A stretch of 11,684 nt of DNA from a virus: UHGV virus genome UHGV-1583584. One strand, written 5' to 3'. Within the stretch, counting starts at the first letter, position 1. Each line of letters begins with the position of its first letter. Positions 1-7,036 of the stretch are shown here, one piece after another. The notes under the pieces were generated by a model. That model was not told where the DNA came from. It was given only the letters and a program-made list of their open reading frames with translations, and made no database searches. The position numbers were made by a program, and so were the translations under genes.

Positions 1-148
1 CAAAGAACCTTGCAGAGGCGTTCGAGCATTATAACGAATGGCATCCGCATAGTGCACTGGGTTATCGCTCGCCACGGGAATATCTACGGCAGCAAGCCAG
101 TAATGGGTTAAGTGATAACAGGTGTCTGGAAATATAGGGGCAAATCCA
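1..148 (+). mobile_element. IS2 insertion sequence, right end (partial; element continues left of the window)
   Basis: The + strand frame starting at base 3 encodes a transposase C-terminus, and the sequence up to about 148 ends in GGGGCAAATCCA, which I recall as the IS2 terminal sequence. Immediately after, the minus-strand integrase reading frame loses lambda Int similarity. Confidence 0.75.
3..137 (+). CDS. insD: IS3-family (IS2) transposase OrfB/InsD, C-terminal 44 codons (5-prime end outside window)
   Basis: Translation of 3..134 gives [44 protein letters not shown], stop TAG at 135-137. This matches my memory of the IS2 InsD C-terminus ([15 protein letters not shown]...[11 protein letters not shown]). 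Confidence 0.75.
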   Translation, partial: KNLAEAFEHYNEWHPHSALGYRSPREYLRQQASNGLSDNRCLEI

Positions 149-890
149 CATGCAATGCTGTTGGGATGGCAATTTTTACGCCTGTTTTGCTTTGCTCGAC
201 ATAAAGATATCCATCTACGATATCAGACCACTTCATTTCGCATAAATCACCAACTCGTTGCCCGGTAACAACAGCCAGTTCCATTGCAAGTCTGAGCCAA
301 CATGGTGATGATTCTGCTGCTTGATAAATTTTCAGGTATTCGTCAGCCGTAAGTCTTGATCTCCTTACCTCTGATTTTGCTGCGCGAGTGGCAGCGACAG
401 GGTTTGTTGTTATATGGCCTTCAGCTATTGCCTCTCGGAATGCATCGCTCAGTGTTGATCTGATTAACTTGGCTGACGCCGCCTTGCCCTCGTCTATGTA
501 TCCATTGAGCATTGCCGCAATTTCTTTTGTGGTGATGTCTTCAAGTGGAGCATCAGGCAGACCCCTCCTTATTGCTTTAATTTTGCTCATGTAATTTATG
601 AGTGTCTTCTGCTTGATTCCTCTGCTGGCCAGGATTTTTTCGTAGCGATCAAGCCATGAATGTAACGTAACGGAATTATCACTGTTGATTCTCGCTGTCA
701 GAGGCTTGTGTTTGTGTCCTGAAAATAACTCAATGTTGGCCTGTATAGCTTCAGTGATTGCGATTCGCCTGTCTCGGCCTAATCCAAACTCTTTACCCGT
801 CCTTGGGTCCCTGTAGCAGTAATATCCATTGTTTCTTATATAAAGGTTAGGGGGTAAATCCCGGCGCTCATGACTTCGCCTTCTTCCCAT
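149..890 (-). pseudogene. int: Lambda-type tyrosine integrase Int, truncated after about residue 247 by the IS2 insertion
   Basis: The first 247 residues of the 108..890 ORF (MGRRRSHERRDLPPNLYIRNNGYYCYRDPRTGKEFGLGRDRRIAITEAIQANIELFSGHKHK...KIAIPTALH) are nearly identical to lambda Int as I recall it. The C-terminal 13 residues ([13 protein letters not shown]) are read-through into IS2 sequence. The catalytic C-terminal region (His308, Arg311, His333, Tyr342 in lambda Int) is missing. Confidence 0.9.
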
Positions 891-1086
891 TTCTGATCCT
901 CTTCAAAAGGCTACCTGTTACTGGTCGATTTAAGTCAACCTTTACCGCTGATTCGTGGAACAGATATTCTCTTCCATCCTTAACCGGAGGAGGGAATATC
1001 CTGCATTCGCGCACCCATCGACGAATTGTTTCAAGGCTTCTTGGGCGTCGCTGGCGAGCGTTCCACTCCTGAAGTGTCAAGTACAT
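868..1086 (-). CDS. xis: Excisionase Xis (lambda-type)
   Basis: The 72-aa product MYLTLQEWNARQRRPRSLETIRRWVRECRIFPPPVKDGREYLFHESAVKVDLNRPVTGSLLKRIRNGKKAKS matches lambda Xis as recalled. Its 3-prime end overlaps the int start (890), as in lambda. Confidence 0.95.
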   Translation of the reverse strand: MYLTLQEWNARQRRPRSLETIRRWVRECRIFPPPVKDGREYLFHESAVKVDLNRPVTGSLLKRIRNGKKAKS

Positions 1087-1111
1087 CGCAAAGTCTCCGC
1101 AATTACACGCA

Positions 1112-1133
1112 AGAAAAAACCGCCATCAGGCGG
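1112..1133 (-). terminator. Rho-independent terminator (minus-strand orientation), immediately upstream of xis
   Basis: Stem CCGCC (1120-1124), loop ATCA, stem GGCGG (1129-1133), preceded on the + strand by AAAAAA (1114-1119). On the minus strand the hairpin is followed by TTTTTTCTT. Confidence 0.5.
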
Positions 1134-1308
1134 CTTGGTGTTCTTTCAGTTCTTCAATTCGAATATTGGTTACGTCTGCATGTGCTATCTGCGCCCACAG
1201 CATCCAGTGGTTATAGCAGTCGCTGATGTTCTCGGCTTCGATAACTCTGTTGAATGGTTCTCCATTCCATTCACCTGTAACTCGGAAGTGCATTTATCAT
1301 CGCCATAA

Positions 1309-1362
1309 AACAAAACTCGCCGTAGCGAGTTCAGATAAAAGAAAACCCGCACTCGGCGGGTT
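1309..1362 (-). terminator. Tandem GC-stem hairpins each followed by a U-run on the minus strand (candidate intrinsic terminators)
   Basis: AACTCGC-cgta-GCGAGTT (about 1313-1330) and AACCCGC-actcg-GCGGGTT (1344-1362), each preceded by an A-rich run on the + strand, so each is followed by a T-run when read on the minus strand. Confidence 0.4.
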
Positions 1363-1641
1363 CGCATTCGTTCAAATTGCGTTTACTTCTTGGCGTTCTG
1401 TTCATCCATATCGATATACCATGGGTTGCTTCCCTTGGGCATGTTTAACGACTGCTCGCGATAGTATCTGATGCGCTCCATGAAATACTCGCGTGAGTGC
1501 TCAGGTTGCTCTCATGATACCTGCTCAGTGATAACAGGTATGTTAAGGCGCTCTCTGTACTCCATGCCTGATGCTGCAAGGTCAACGTTTACCTTGTTCT
1601 GTTTTTCTTTCGATTTCTCGGCGATGTTATGCCTGACATTG

Positions 1642-1926
1642 TCAACCCGCCTCCTTCTGAACATAACGGTTATAAATCAGTCCCTGAGGGCCATAAGGAA
1701 GCGGGATGTGCAACTCCTCTGGTTCAGAAACTATCCATTCCCCGGCCATCTCCGCTGGAGAGGTAATGATAAGTTGTTTGCTAATAAAAGGACCACTCCT
1801 CTCAACAACAAGCTTACCATCTTCATTAATAAAAGCTTGGATGTCAGGTGTGCTTCCACACTTGGTGATGCAGCGTTTGAACATTTTGTGTCCCCCCATT
1901 TTATGGACGGGGTAATTATAACACAT
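1642..1926 (-). CDS. Hypothetical small protein (accessory ea region). Probable true start is the internal Met at 1884 (about 80 aa), which is preceded by GGGGGA.
   Basis: Minus-strand ORF of 94 codons with no competing long ORF on the same strand. It is not lambda Ea8.5, whose sequence as I recall it starts MSINELESEQKDW. No SD precedes the first ATG; an SD-like GGGGGA lies 6 nt before the third Met (MFKRCITKCGSTPD...). Confidence 0.5.
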   Translation of the reverse strand: MCYNYPVHKMGGHKMFKRCITKCGSTPDIQAFINEDGKLVVERSGPFISKQLIITSPAEMAGEWIVSEPEELHIPLPYGPQGLIYNRYVQKEAG

Positions 1927-2010
1927 TGAAATATAGTAATATTTGACGTAGATTTCTTTTGATCTATAAGCGATTTTTTAATGCTTTTAAGTTATAAATA
2001 CTTGTTTTCA

Positions 2011-2586
2011 TCACCCATCTTGCTGCGGTGCTACTATTGAAAAGTACTCACACCCTTTAGCCCAAATAGTTTTGATAGTTGTCCAACTGACTGGAACCTT
2101 GATTTCGATTCTTCCGCTGCCGTCACAAGTTTCGCAATCATCATCACCAAAGCATTCCGGGCAGCTTATAAACGTAGTTTCTGAAAATTCACCGGATAGC
2201 ACACCCTTAGCGCCGTTCTCAGCGGTTAGTTTCTTCGGCACTATAACCCAACCATCCGGAGTTACCGGAGAATTGCCATTTATATCGAAGTTTGGCTCTG
2301 CGTCCTGAACCAGGAGGATGTAACCATTCTTGGCAGTATCAAGTTCTAACGCCTCGGTGACGGTACCGAAATAGCGATTACCTAAATCCGCATCACAAGT
2401 GCTTACATCAATGGAAACCTCCATGCCTTCGATTAATTCTGGCAAGTTGTAAGTTTGGCTTACAGGTTCTGCTCCCAGTGATGCCAGTGCAATTCGTGCC
2501 AGTTCCATTTGTTCGCCACGAGTAAGCCCGTTTTCAAGCGGATTTTTAATGAACAATTCAATACGTTCTTTGGTAATAGTGGTCAT
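2011..2586 (-). CDS. Hypothetical 191-aa protein with a C-terminal cysteine cluster (CPEC-x5-CETCDGSG, a DnaJ-like CxxCxGxG zinc-ribbon motif)
   Basis: ORF with SD AAGGA 5 nt upstream of the ATG at 2586. It lies 10 nt downstream of the stop of the preceding gene (2597), consistent with an operon. The Cys motif is read directly from the translation. Confidence 0.7.
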   Translation of the reverse strand: MTTITKERIELFIKNPLENGLTRGEQMELARIALASLGAEPVSQTYNLPELIEGMEVSIDVSTCDADLGNRYFGTVTEALELDTAKNGYILLVQDAEPNFDINGNSPVTPDGWVIVPKKLTAENGAKGVLSGEFSETTFISCPECFGDDDCETCDGSGRIEIKVPVSWTTIKTIWAKGCEYFSIVAPQQDG

Positions 2587-2596
2587 TTGTTAGTCC

Positions 2597-3352
2597 TTAA
2601 ACTGCTAGTTGCAATTGCATTTCAAAGCGGTCGCGTTGTTCACAATACGCAAGAGAACCAGGGCTATTGTGTGCCTCAATCCGTTCTACCATTAATGCTG
2701 CGCGTGTCTCTTTACTTGCAGGTGCATAAGCCCCAGACCAGGCTTTATCAATACCGATGTTTCGAGCGACGTTCGTACTATCTGCGCTGGCTAAGGGTAA
2801 TTTTGTGAATATCAGCGGATTTAACATGCGCAATCCATGTAGTTTCGTAACCAGCTGACCATGCCCATCAACAATGTGACGAATCAGGTCTTTCATTCTG
2901 GCTACCGCAAGAGTTGGGCGCTTTACGTCATAGTCGCCACAACTACCGATAGCCACTCGCGGAAACTCATTGCACAAATGAATAAATCGCTCGTCACTTT
3001 CATTCATGTGCCACACTGGAACGCCAGCTAGTTTTCCGTGAGGCCACTCATTCAGAAGCGCATCATTTTCCTCCTCTCCGCCATCAATAACATCCGGGAT
3101 AATGGCAAAATCGAATCTTGGGTGATTCTTCCAGCGAGCAACAAACTCGTAGTAATCGCTCCAGTCGATTTTGTTTTTGCCAGCTGCTTTCCAGGCGGTG
3201 AATGCACCGTTGTCCAGCGCGAACGACTGACAGTATTCAGCCGCGAGATTGATCTGGCCTGAATGCGCAAAACTGATAAACGCATGTCGCCCTTTCCATG
3301 CTCTCATTGCGCACGTATCAGGAGTAATAGGCCCACCGTGGTAGTGAATCAT
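2597..3352 (-). CDS. Putative TGT-fold (tRNA-guanine transglycosylase-like) protein, candidate DNA 7-deazaguanine transglycosylase (DpdA-like). Function is tentative.
   Basis: The six-frame ORF is 2597..3394, but the strong SD AAGGAG sits 7 nt upstream of the Met at 3352 (MIHYHGGPITPDT...), one nucleotide after the Ea22-like stop. A co-linear motif pattern resembles TGT family landmarks as I recall them from E. coli Tgt: ALDNGAF vs LTDSGGF, IIPDV vs MIFDE, VAIGSCG vs AVGGLAVG, KLHGLR vs YLMGVG, ADSTNVARN vs FDCVMPTRNARN. There is no CxCxxC...H zinc subdomain. Similarity is motif-level and not verified by search. Confidence 0.6.
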   Translation of the reverse strand: MIHYHGGPITPDTCAMRAWKGRHAFISFAHSGQINLAAEYCQSFALDNGAFTAWKAAGKNKIDWSDYYEFVARWKNHPRFDFAIIPDVIDGGEEENDALLNEWPHGKLAGVPVWHMNESDERFIHLCNEFPRVAIGSCGDYDVKRPTLAVARMKDLIRHIVDGHGQLVTKLHGLRMLNPLIFTKLPLASADSTNVARNIGIDKAWSGAYAPASKETRAALMVERIEAHNSPGSLAYCEQRDRFEMQLQLAV

Positions 3353-3353
3353 C

Positions 3354-3761
3354 TCACTCTCCTTTGATGCGAATGCCAGTAGCGCGGATTGCATCGATGA
3401 CTTCAGAAACTTTGTATGCCATTACCGTTTGGTAATCATCGTGAAAATCTGTTCGATGAAGCATGCTGCTACGTTCCGGGAGCAGTATTTCCCGCGCTTC
3501 CAGTTCTGCAATGCGCTTTTTTGCTGCTTCCAGTTCATCCAGTAATTCCAGCACGGTAGCCGGATTAGCCTTGGCAACAAAATCCCGGACTGGCTTACAA
3601 TCAATCTCCGCAATGGGTTGATACGATGTGTAGCCATGCTGTCTTGTATAACTACCGTGACGAATAACGAAAAAATCACCATTTATTTTTTTAGCCTGCC
3701 ACTTATCTTCACCGGCTTTCTCTGCCGCTTCACGCAGTGCCTGAGAGTTAATTTCGCTCAC
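3354..3761 (-). CDS. ea22: Ea22-like protein (mosaic: lambda-like N- and C-termini, different central region)
   Basis: The N-terminus MSEINSQALREAAE and C-terminus GIRIKGE match lambda Ea22 as recalled. The central part differs and the protein is shorter (135 aa vs 182 aa in lambda). Confidence 0.8.
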   Translation of the reverse strand: MSEINSQALREAAEKAGEDKWQAKKINGDFFVIRHGSYTRQHGYTSYQPIAEIDCKPVRDFVAKANPATVLELLDELEAAKKRIAELEAREILLPERSSMLHRTDFHDDYQTVMAYKVSEVIDAIRATGIRIKGE

Positions 3762-3979
3762 GTCGAACCTCTCTGTTTACTGATAAGCTCCAGATCTTGC
3801 TGGCAACTGGCACAAGTCCGACAACCCTGAACGGCCAGTCGTCTTCGTTCATCTATCGGATCGCCACACTCACAACAATGAGTGGCAGATATAGCCTGGT
3901 GGTTCAGGCGGCGCATTTTTATTGCTGTGTTGCGCTGTAATTCTTCAATTTCTGATGCTGAATCAATTATGTCTGCCAT
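3758..3979 (-). CDS. TraR/DksA-family C4 zinc-finger protein (lambda orf73-like)
   Basis: The 73-aa product has CCECGDPIDERRR...CRTCASCQ, a four-cysteine TraR/DksA-type zinc finger. The surrounding DNA matches lambda in this region as recalled. Its stop overlaps the Ea22-like start in an ATGA arrangement. Confidence 0.8.
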   Translation of the reverse strand: MADIIDSASEIEELQRNTAIKMRRLNHQAISATHCCECGDPIDERRRLAVQGCRTCASCQQDLELISKQRGST

Positions 3980-4030
3980 CTTTCATTAATCCCTGAATTG
4001 TTGGTTAATACGCTTGAGGGTGAATGCGAA

Positions 4031-4055
4031 TAATAAAAAAGGAGCCTGTAGCTCC
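4031..4055 (-). terminator. Rho-independent terminator-like hairpin (minus-strand orientation)
   Basis: GGAGC (4041-4045), loop CTGTA, GCTCC (4051-4055), preceded on the + strand by AAAAAA. On the minus strand the stem is followed by TTTTTTATTATT. It lies just downstream of the minus-strand gene ending at 4078. Confidence 0.45.
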
Positions 4056-4077
4056 CTGATGATTTTGCTTTTCATGT

Positions 4078-4293
4078 TCACCGTTCCTTAAAGACGCCGT
4101 TCAACATGCCGATCGCCAGGCTTAAATGAGTCGGTGTGAATCCCATCAGCGTTACCGTTTCGCGGTGCTTCTTTAGTACGCTACGGCAAATGTCATCGAC
4201 GTTTTTATCCGGAAACTGCTGTCTGGCTTTTTTGATTTCAGAATTAGCCTGACGGGCAATGCTGCGAAGGGCGTTTTCTTGCTGAGGTGTCAT
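4078..4293 (-). CDS. Small lambda-type early-region protein (orf61/orf63-cluster homolog), start assigned to the Met of MTPQQENALRSIARQ
   Basis: The six-frame ORF runs 4078..4359, but the ATG at 4293 overlaps the stop of the upstream small ORF (ATGA). The region is conserved with lambda as recalled. Confidence 0.65.
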   Translation of the reverse strand: MTPQQENALRSIARQANSEIKKARQQFPDKNVDDICRSVLKKHRETVTLMGFTPTHLSLAIGMLNGVFKER

Positions 4294-4373
4294 TGAACAA
4301 GCCCCATGTCGGCAAGCATAAGCACACAGAATATGAAGCCCGCTGCCAGAAAAATGCATTCAGTGGTTGTCAT
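4290..4373 (-). CDS. Candidate 27-aa hydrophobic micropeptide (MTTTECIFLAAGFIFCVLMLADMGLVQ)
   Basis: Short ORF whose ATG overlaps the stop of the upstream gene (ATGA at 4370-4373) and whose stop overlaps the ATG of the downstream gene (ATGA at 4290-4293). The product is a single hydrophobic helix-like segment. It is below the size threshold of the ORF track. Confidence 0.3.
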   Translation of the reverse strand: MTTTECIFLAAGFIFCVLMLADMGLVQ

Positions 4374-4561
4374 ACCTGGTCTCTCTCATCTGCTTCTGCT
4401 TTCGCCACCATCATTTCCAGCTTTTGTGAAAGGGATGCGGCTAACGTATGAAATTCTTCGTCTGTTTCTACTGATATTGGCACAAACCTGACTCCAATTT
4501 GAGCGAGGCTATGTGCCATCTCGATACTCGTTCTTAACTCAACGGGAGATGCTTTGTGCAT
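4370..4561 (-). CDS. Small lambda early-region protein (orf63-like)
   Basis: 63-aa ORF in the conserved position between exo-proximal orf60a and orf61. Assignment is by position and by recalled lambda DNA similarity in this segment. Confidence 0.65.
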   Translation of the reverse strand: MHKASPVELRTSIEMAHSLAQIGVRFVPISVETDEEFHTLAASLSQKLEMMVAKAEADERDQV

Positions 4562-4722
4562 ACAGCTCCCCGTTTATTATTTATCTCCTCAGCCAGCCGC
4601 TGTGCTTTCAGGGGATTTCTGATAACAGAAAGGCCGGGAAATACCCAGCCTCGCTTTGTAATGGAGTAGACGAAAGTGATCGCGCCCACCCGGATATTAT
4701 CGTGAGGATGCGTCATCGCCAT
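4534..4722 (-). CDS. Small lambda early-region protein (orf60a-like), immediately downstream-adjacent to exo
   Basis: 62-aa ORF overlapping the exo stop region, in the same arrangement as lambda orf60a. Confidence 0.65.
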   Translation of the reverse strand: MAMTHPHDNIRVGAITFVYSITKRGWVFPGLSVIRNPLKAQRLAEEINNKRGAVCTKHLPLS

Positions 4723-5393
4723 TGCTCCCCAAATACAAAACCAATTTCAGCCAGTGCCTCGTCCATTTTTTCGATGAACTCCGGCACCATCTCGTCAAAA
4801 CTCGCCATGTACTTTTCATCCCGCTCAACCACGACATAATGCAGGCCTTCACGCTTCATACGCGGGTCATAGTTGGCAAAGTACCAGGCATCTTTTCGCG
4901 TCACCCACATGCTGTACTGCACCTGGGCCATGTAAGCCGACTTTATGGCCTCGAAACCACCGAGCCGGAACTTCATGAAATCCCGGGAGGTAAACGGGCA
5001 TTTCAGCTCAAGGCCATTGCCGTCACTGCATAAACCATCGGGAGAGCAGGCGGTACGCATACTTTCGTCGCGATAGATGATCGGGGATTCAGTAACATTC
5101 ACGCCGGAAGTGAATTCAAACAGAGTTCTGGCGTCGTTCTCGTACTGTTTTCCCCATGCCAGCGCCTTAGCATTAACTTCCGGAGCCACACCGGTGCAAA
5201 CCTCAGCCAGCAGGGTGTGGAAGTAGGACATTTTCATGTCAGGCCACTTTTTTCCGGAGCGGGGTTTTGCTATCACATTGTGAACTTCTGAAGCGGTGAT
5301 GACGCCGAGCCGTAATTTGTGCCACGCATCATCCCCCTGTTCGACAGCTCTCACGTCGATTCCGGTACGCTGCAGGATAATGTCCGGTGTCAT
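4713..5393 (-). CDS. exo: Lambda exonuclease (Red alpha), 5-prime to 3-prime dsDNA exonuclease
   Basis: The 226-aa product [40 protein letters not shown]... is essentially identical to lambda Exo as recalled. Confidence 0.97.
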   Translation of the reverse strand: MTPDIILQRTGIDVRAVEQGDDAWHKLRLGVITASEVHNVIAKPRSGKKWPDMKMSYFHTLLAEVCTGVAPEVNAKALAWGKQYENDARTLFEFTSGVNVTESPIIYRDESMRTACSPDGLCSDGNGLELKCPFTSRDFMKFRLGGFEAIKSAYMAQVQYSMWVTRKDAWYFANYDPRMKREGLHYVVVERDEKYMASFDEMVPEFIEKMDEALAEIGFVFGEQWR

Positions 5394-6175
5394 GCAGCCA
5401 CCTTCTGCTCAGTGGCTTTCTGTTTCAGGAATCCAAGAGCTTTCACTGCTTCGGCCTGTGTCAGTTCTGACGATGCGCGAATGTCGCGGCGAAATATCTG
5501 GGAACAGAGCGGCAATAAGTCGTCATCCCATGTTTTATCCAGGGCAATCAGCAGAGTGTTAATCTCCTGCATGGTTTCATCGTTAACCGGAGTGATGTCG
5601 CGTTCCGGCTGACGTTCTGCAGTGTATGCGGTATTTTCGACAATGCGCTCGGCTTCATCCTTGTCATAGATACCCGCAAATCCGAAGGCCAGACGGGCAC
5701 ACTGAATCATGGCTTTATGCCGTAACATCCGTTTGGGATGCGACTGCCACGGCCCCGTAATTTCTCTGCCTTCGCGGGTTTTGAATGGTTCGCGGCGGCA
5801 TTCATCCATCCACTCGGTAACGCAGATCGGATGATTACGGTCCTTGCGGTAAATCCGGCATGTACAGGATTCATTGTCCTGCTCAAAGTCCATGCCATCA
5901 AACTGCTGGTTTTCATTGATGATGCGGGACCAGCCATCAACGCCCACCACCGGAACGATGCCATTCTGCTTATCAGGAAAGGTGTAAATTTCTTTCGTCC
6001 ACGGATTAAGGCCGTACTGGTTGGCAACGATCAGTAATGCGATGAACTGCGCATCGCTGGCATCACCTTTAAATGCCGTCTGGCGAAGAGTGGTGATCAG
6101 TTCCTGTGGGTCGACAGAATCCATGCCGACACGTTCAGCCAGCTTCCCAGCCAGCGTTGCGAGTGCTGTACTCAT
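5390..6175 (-). CDS. bet: Bet (Red beta) single-strand annealing protein
   Basis: The 261-aa product [48 protein letters not shown]... matches lambda Bet as recalled. Its start overlaps the exo stop region. Confidence 0.97.
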   Translation of the reverse strand: MSTALATLAGKLAERVGMDSVDPQELITTLRQTAFKGDASDAQFIALLIVANQYGLNPWTKEIYTFPDKQNGIVPVVGVDGWSRIINENQQFDGMDFEQDNESCTCRIYRKDRNHPICVTEWMDECRREPFKTREGREITGPWQSHPKRMLRHKAMIQCARLAFGFAGIYDKDEAERIVENTAYTAERQPERDITPVNDETMQEINTLLIALDKTWDDDLLPLCSQIFRRDIRASSELTQAEAVKALGFLKQKATEQKVAA

Positions 6176-6180
6176 CCGTT

Positions 6181-6477
6181 TTATACCTCTGAATCAATAT
6201 CAACCTGGTGGTGAGCAATGGTTTCAACCATGTACCGGATGTGTTCTGCCATGCGCTCCTGAAACTCAACATCGTCATCAAACGCACGGGTAATGGCTTT
6301 TTTGCTGGCCCCGTGGCGTTGCAAATGATCGATGCATAGCGATTCAAACAGGTGCTGGGGCAGGCCTTTTTCCATGTCGTCTGCCAGTTCTGCCTCTTTC
6401 TCTTCACGGGCGATCTGCTGGTAGTGACGCGCCCAGCTCTGAGCCTCAAGACGATCCTGAATGTAATAAGCGTTCAT
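6181..6477 (-). CDS. gam: Gam, RecBCD inhibitor (98-aa short form)
   Basis: [60 protein letters not shown]... matches lambda GamS as recalled. Upstream DNA resembles lambda but the reading frame for the 138-aa long form is not open here. Confidence 0.95.
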   Translation of the reverse strand: MNAYYIQDRLEAQSWARHYQQIAREEKEAELADDMEKGLPQHLFESLCIDHLQRHGASKKAITRAFDDDVEFQERMAEHIRYMVETIAHHQVDIDSEV

Positions 6478-6552
6478 GGCTGAACTCCTGAAAATGGCTG
6501 TGAAAATATCGCCCGCGAAATGCCAGGCTGATTAGGAAAACAGGAAAGGGGA

Positions 6553-6759
6553 TTAGCGATTCAGGCCGTTACCGCGTCCGTCGAGAAAAACTTCCACGAG
6601 CAAATCACGGGTATAAGTGCGCTCGATGCCGCGATGCAGATAAAGCCGTCCGCGTAAATTAGCTGATGCAGTCCAGGTACCATCTTTGTGTTTGACCAGC
6701 ATTCCTGGCATGACCGCACCTCGATTAACGGTCTGCGTTCCGTAATGTTGATGAACCAT
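6553..6759 (-). CDS. Hypothetical protein, first gene downstream of the candidate pL, in the position of lambda kil/N but unrelated in sequence. The start is uncertain.
   Basis: The six-frame ORF extends to 6963 with a TTG start and no SD. Internal ATGs with good SDs are at 6759 (AGGAG 5 nt upstream, product [14 protein letters not shown]..., 68 aa) and at 6711 (GAGGT upstream). The C-terminus ...[18 protein letters not shown] is not lambda Kil (recalled as MDQTLMAIQTKF...). Confidence 0.45.
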   Translation of the reverse strand: MVHQHYGTQTVNRGAVMPGMLVKHKDGTWTASANLRGRLYLHRGIERTYTRDLLVEVFLDGRGNGLNR

Positions 6760-7036
6760 AAAAACTCCTGCCCGTAAGCTGGGCTGCTGAACATATAGAG
6801 ACTTCTGCGCGTATTCAGGCGGTGGATGGCCGCCGGTTGTCATAACTAAGTCGCCTCGTTGAAGCGACTGAGGTATGAAGTGTTGAGTTGATTTCAGCTG
6901 GTCACACCGACGTTCACGCGTCCGCTTCACCCCTCGCACTCCCCGAAGCCTGCTGAAATTCAAACTGCGGATCTAAGCGGTCATCGCAACGGTGAAACAG
7001 GTGGTTACCGTATCGTTGTGTCGTTGCGATGAATTT

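Noticed and set aside
108-148. The C-terminal 13 residues of the 108..890 ORF ([13 protein letters not shown]) as part of the integrase
   Set aside because: They are read-through into IS2 DNA; lambda Int continues differently after IPTALH as recalled. Int is annotated as a truncated pseudogene ending near 149.
388-594. 68-aa + strand ORF inside int
   Set aside because: It is antisense to the well-supported int coding sequence, with no SD and no recognisable product; judged a chance ORF.
955-1308. 117-aa and 66-aa + strand ORFs overlapping xis and the terminator region
   Set aside because: They are antisense to xis and span the terminator hairpins, with no recognisable product; likely spurious.
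1471-1929. 152-aa + strand ORF (also 1706..1915)
   Set aside because: It overlaps the minus-strand accessory gene 1642..1926 almost completely, opposite to the direction of all neighbouring early genes. The minus-strand gene has the SD-supported start.
5296-6449. Multiple alternative-frame ORFs inside exo, bet and gam (for example 5319..5612, 5707..6027, 5738..6037, 6021..6293, 6135..6449)
   Set aside because: They overlap the near-identical lambda Red genes in other frames or on the other strand; these are frame artefacts.
6553-6963. Full 136-codon ORF with an arginine-rich N-terminus as an N-like antiterminator
   Set aside because: Its start codon is TTG with no Shine-Dalgarno sequence, whereas internal ATGs have strong SDs. 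Kept as a possibility in the findings, not asserted as the gene model.
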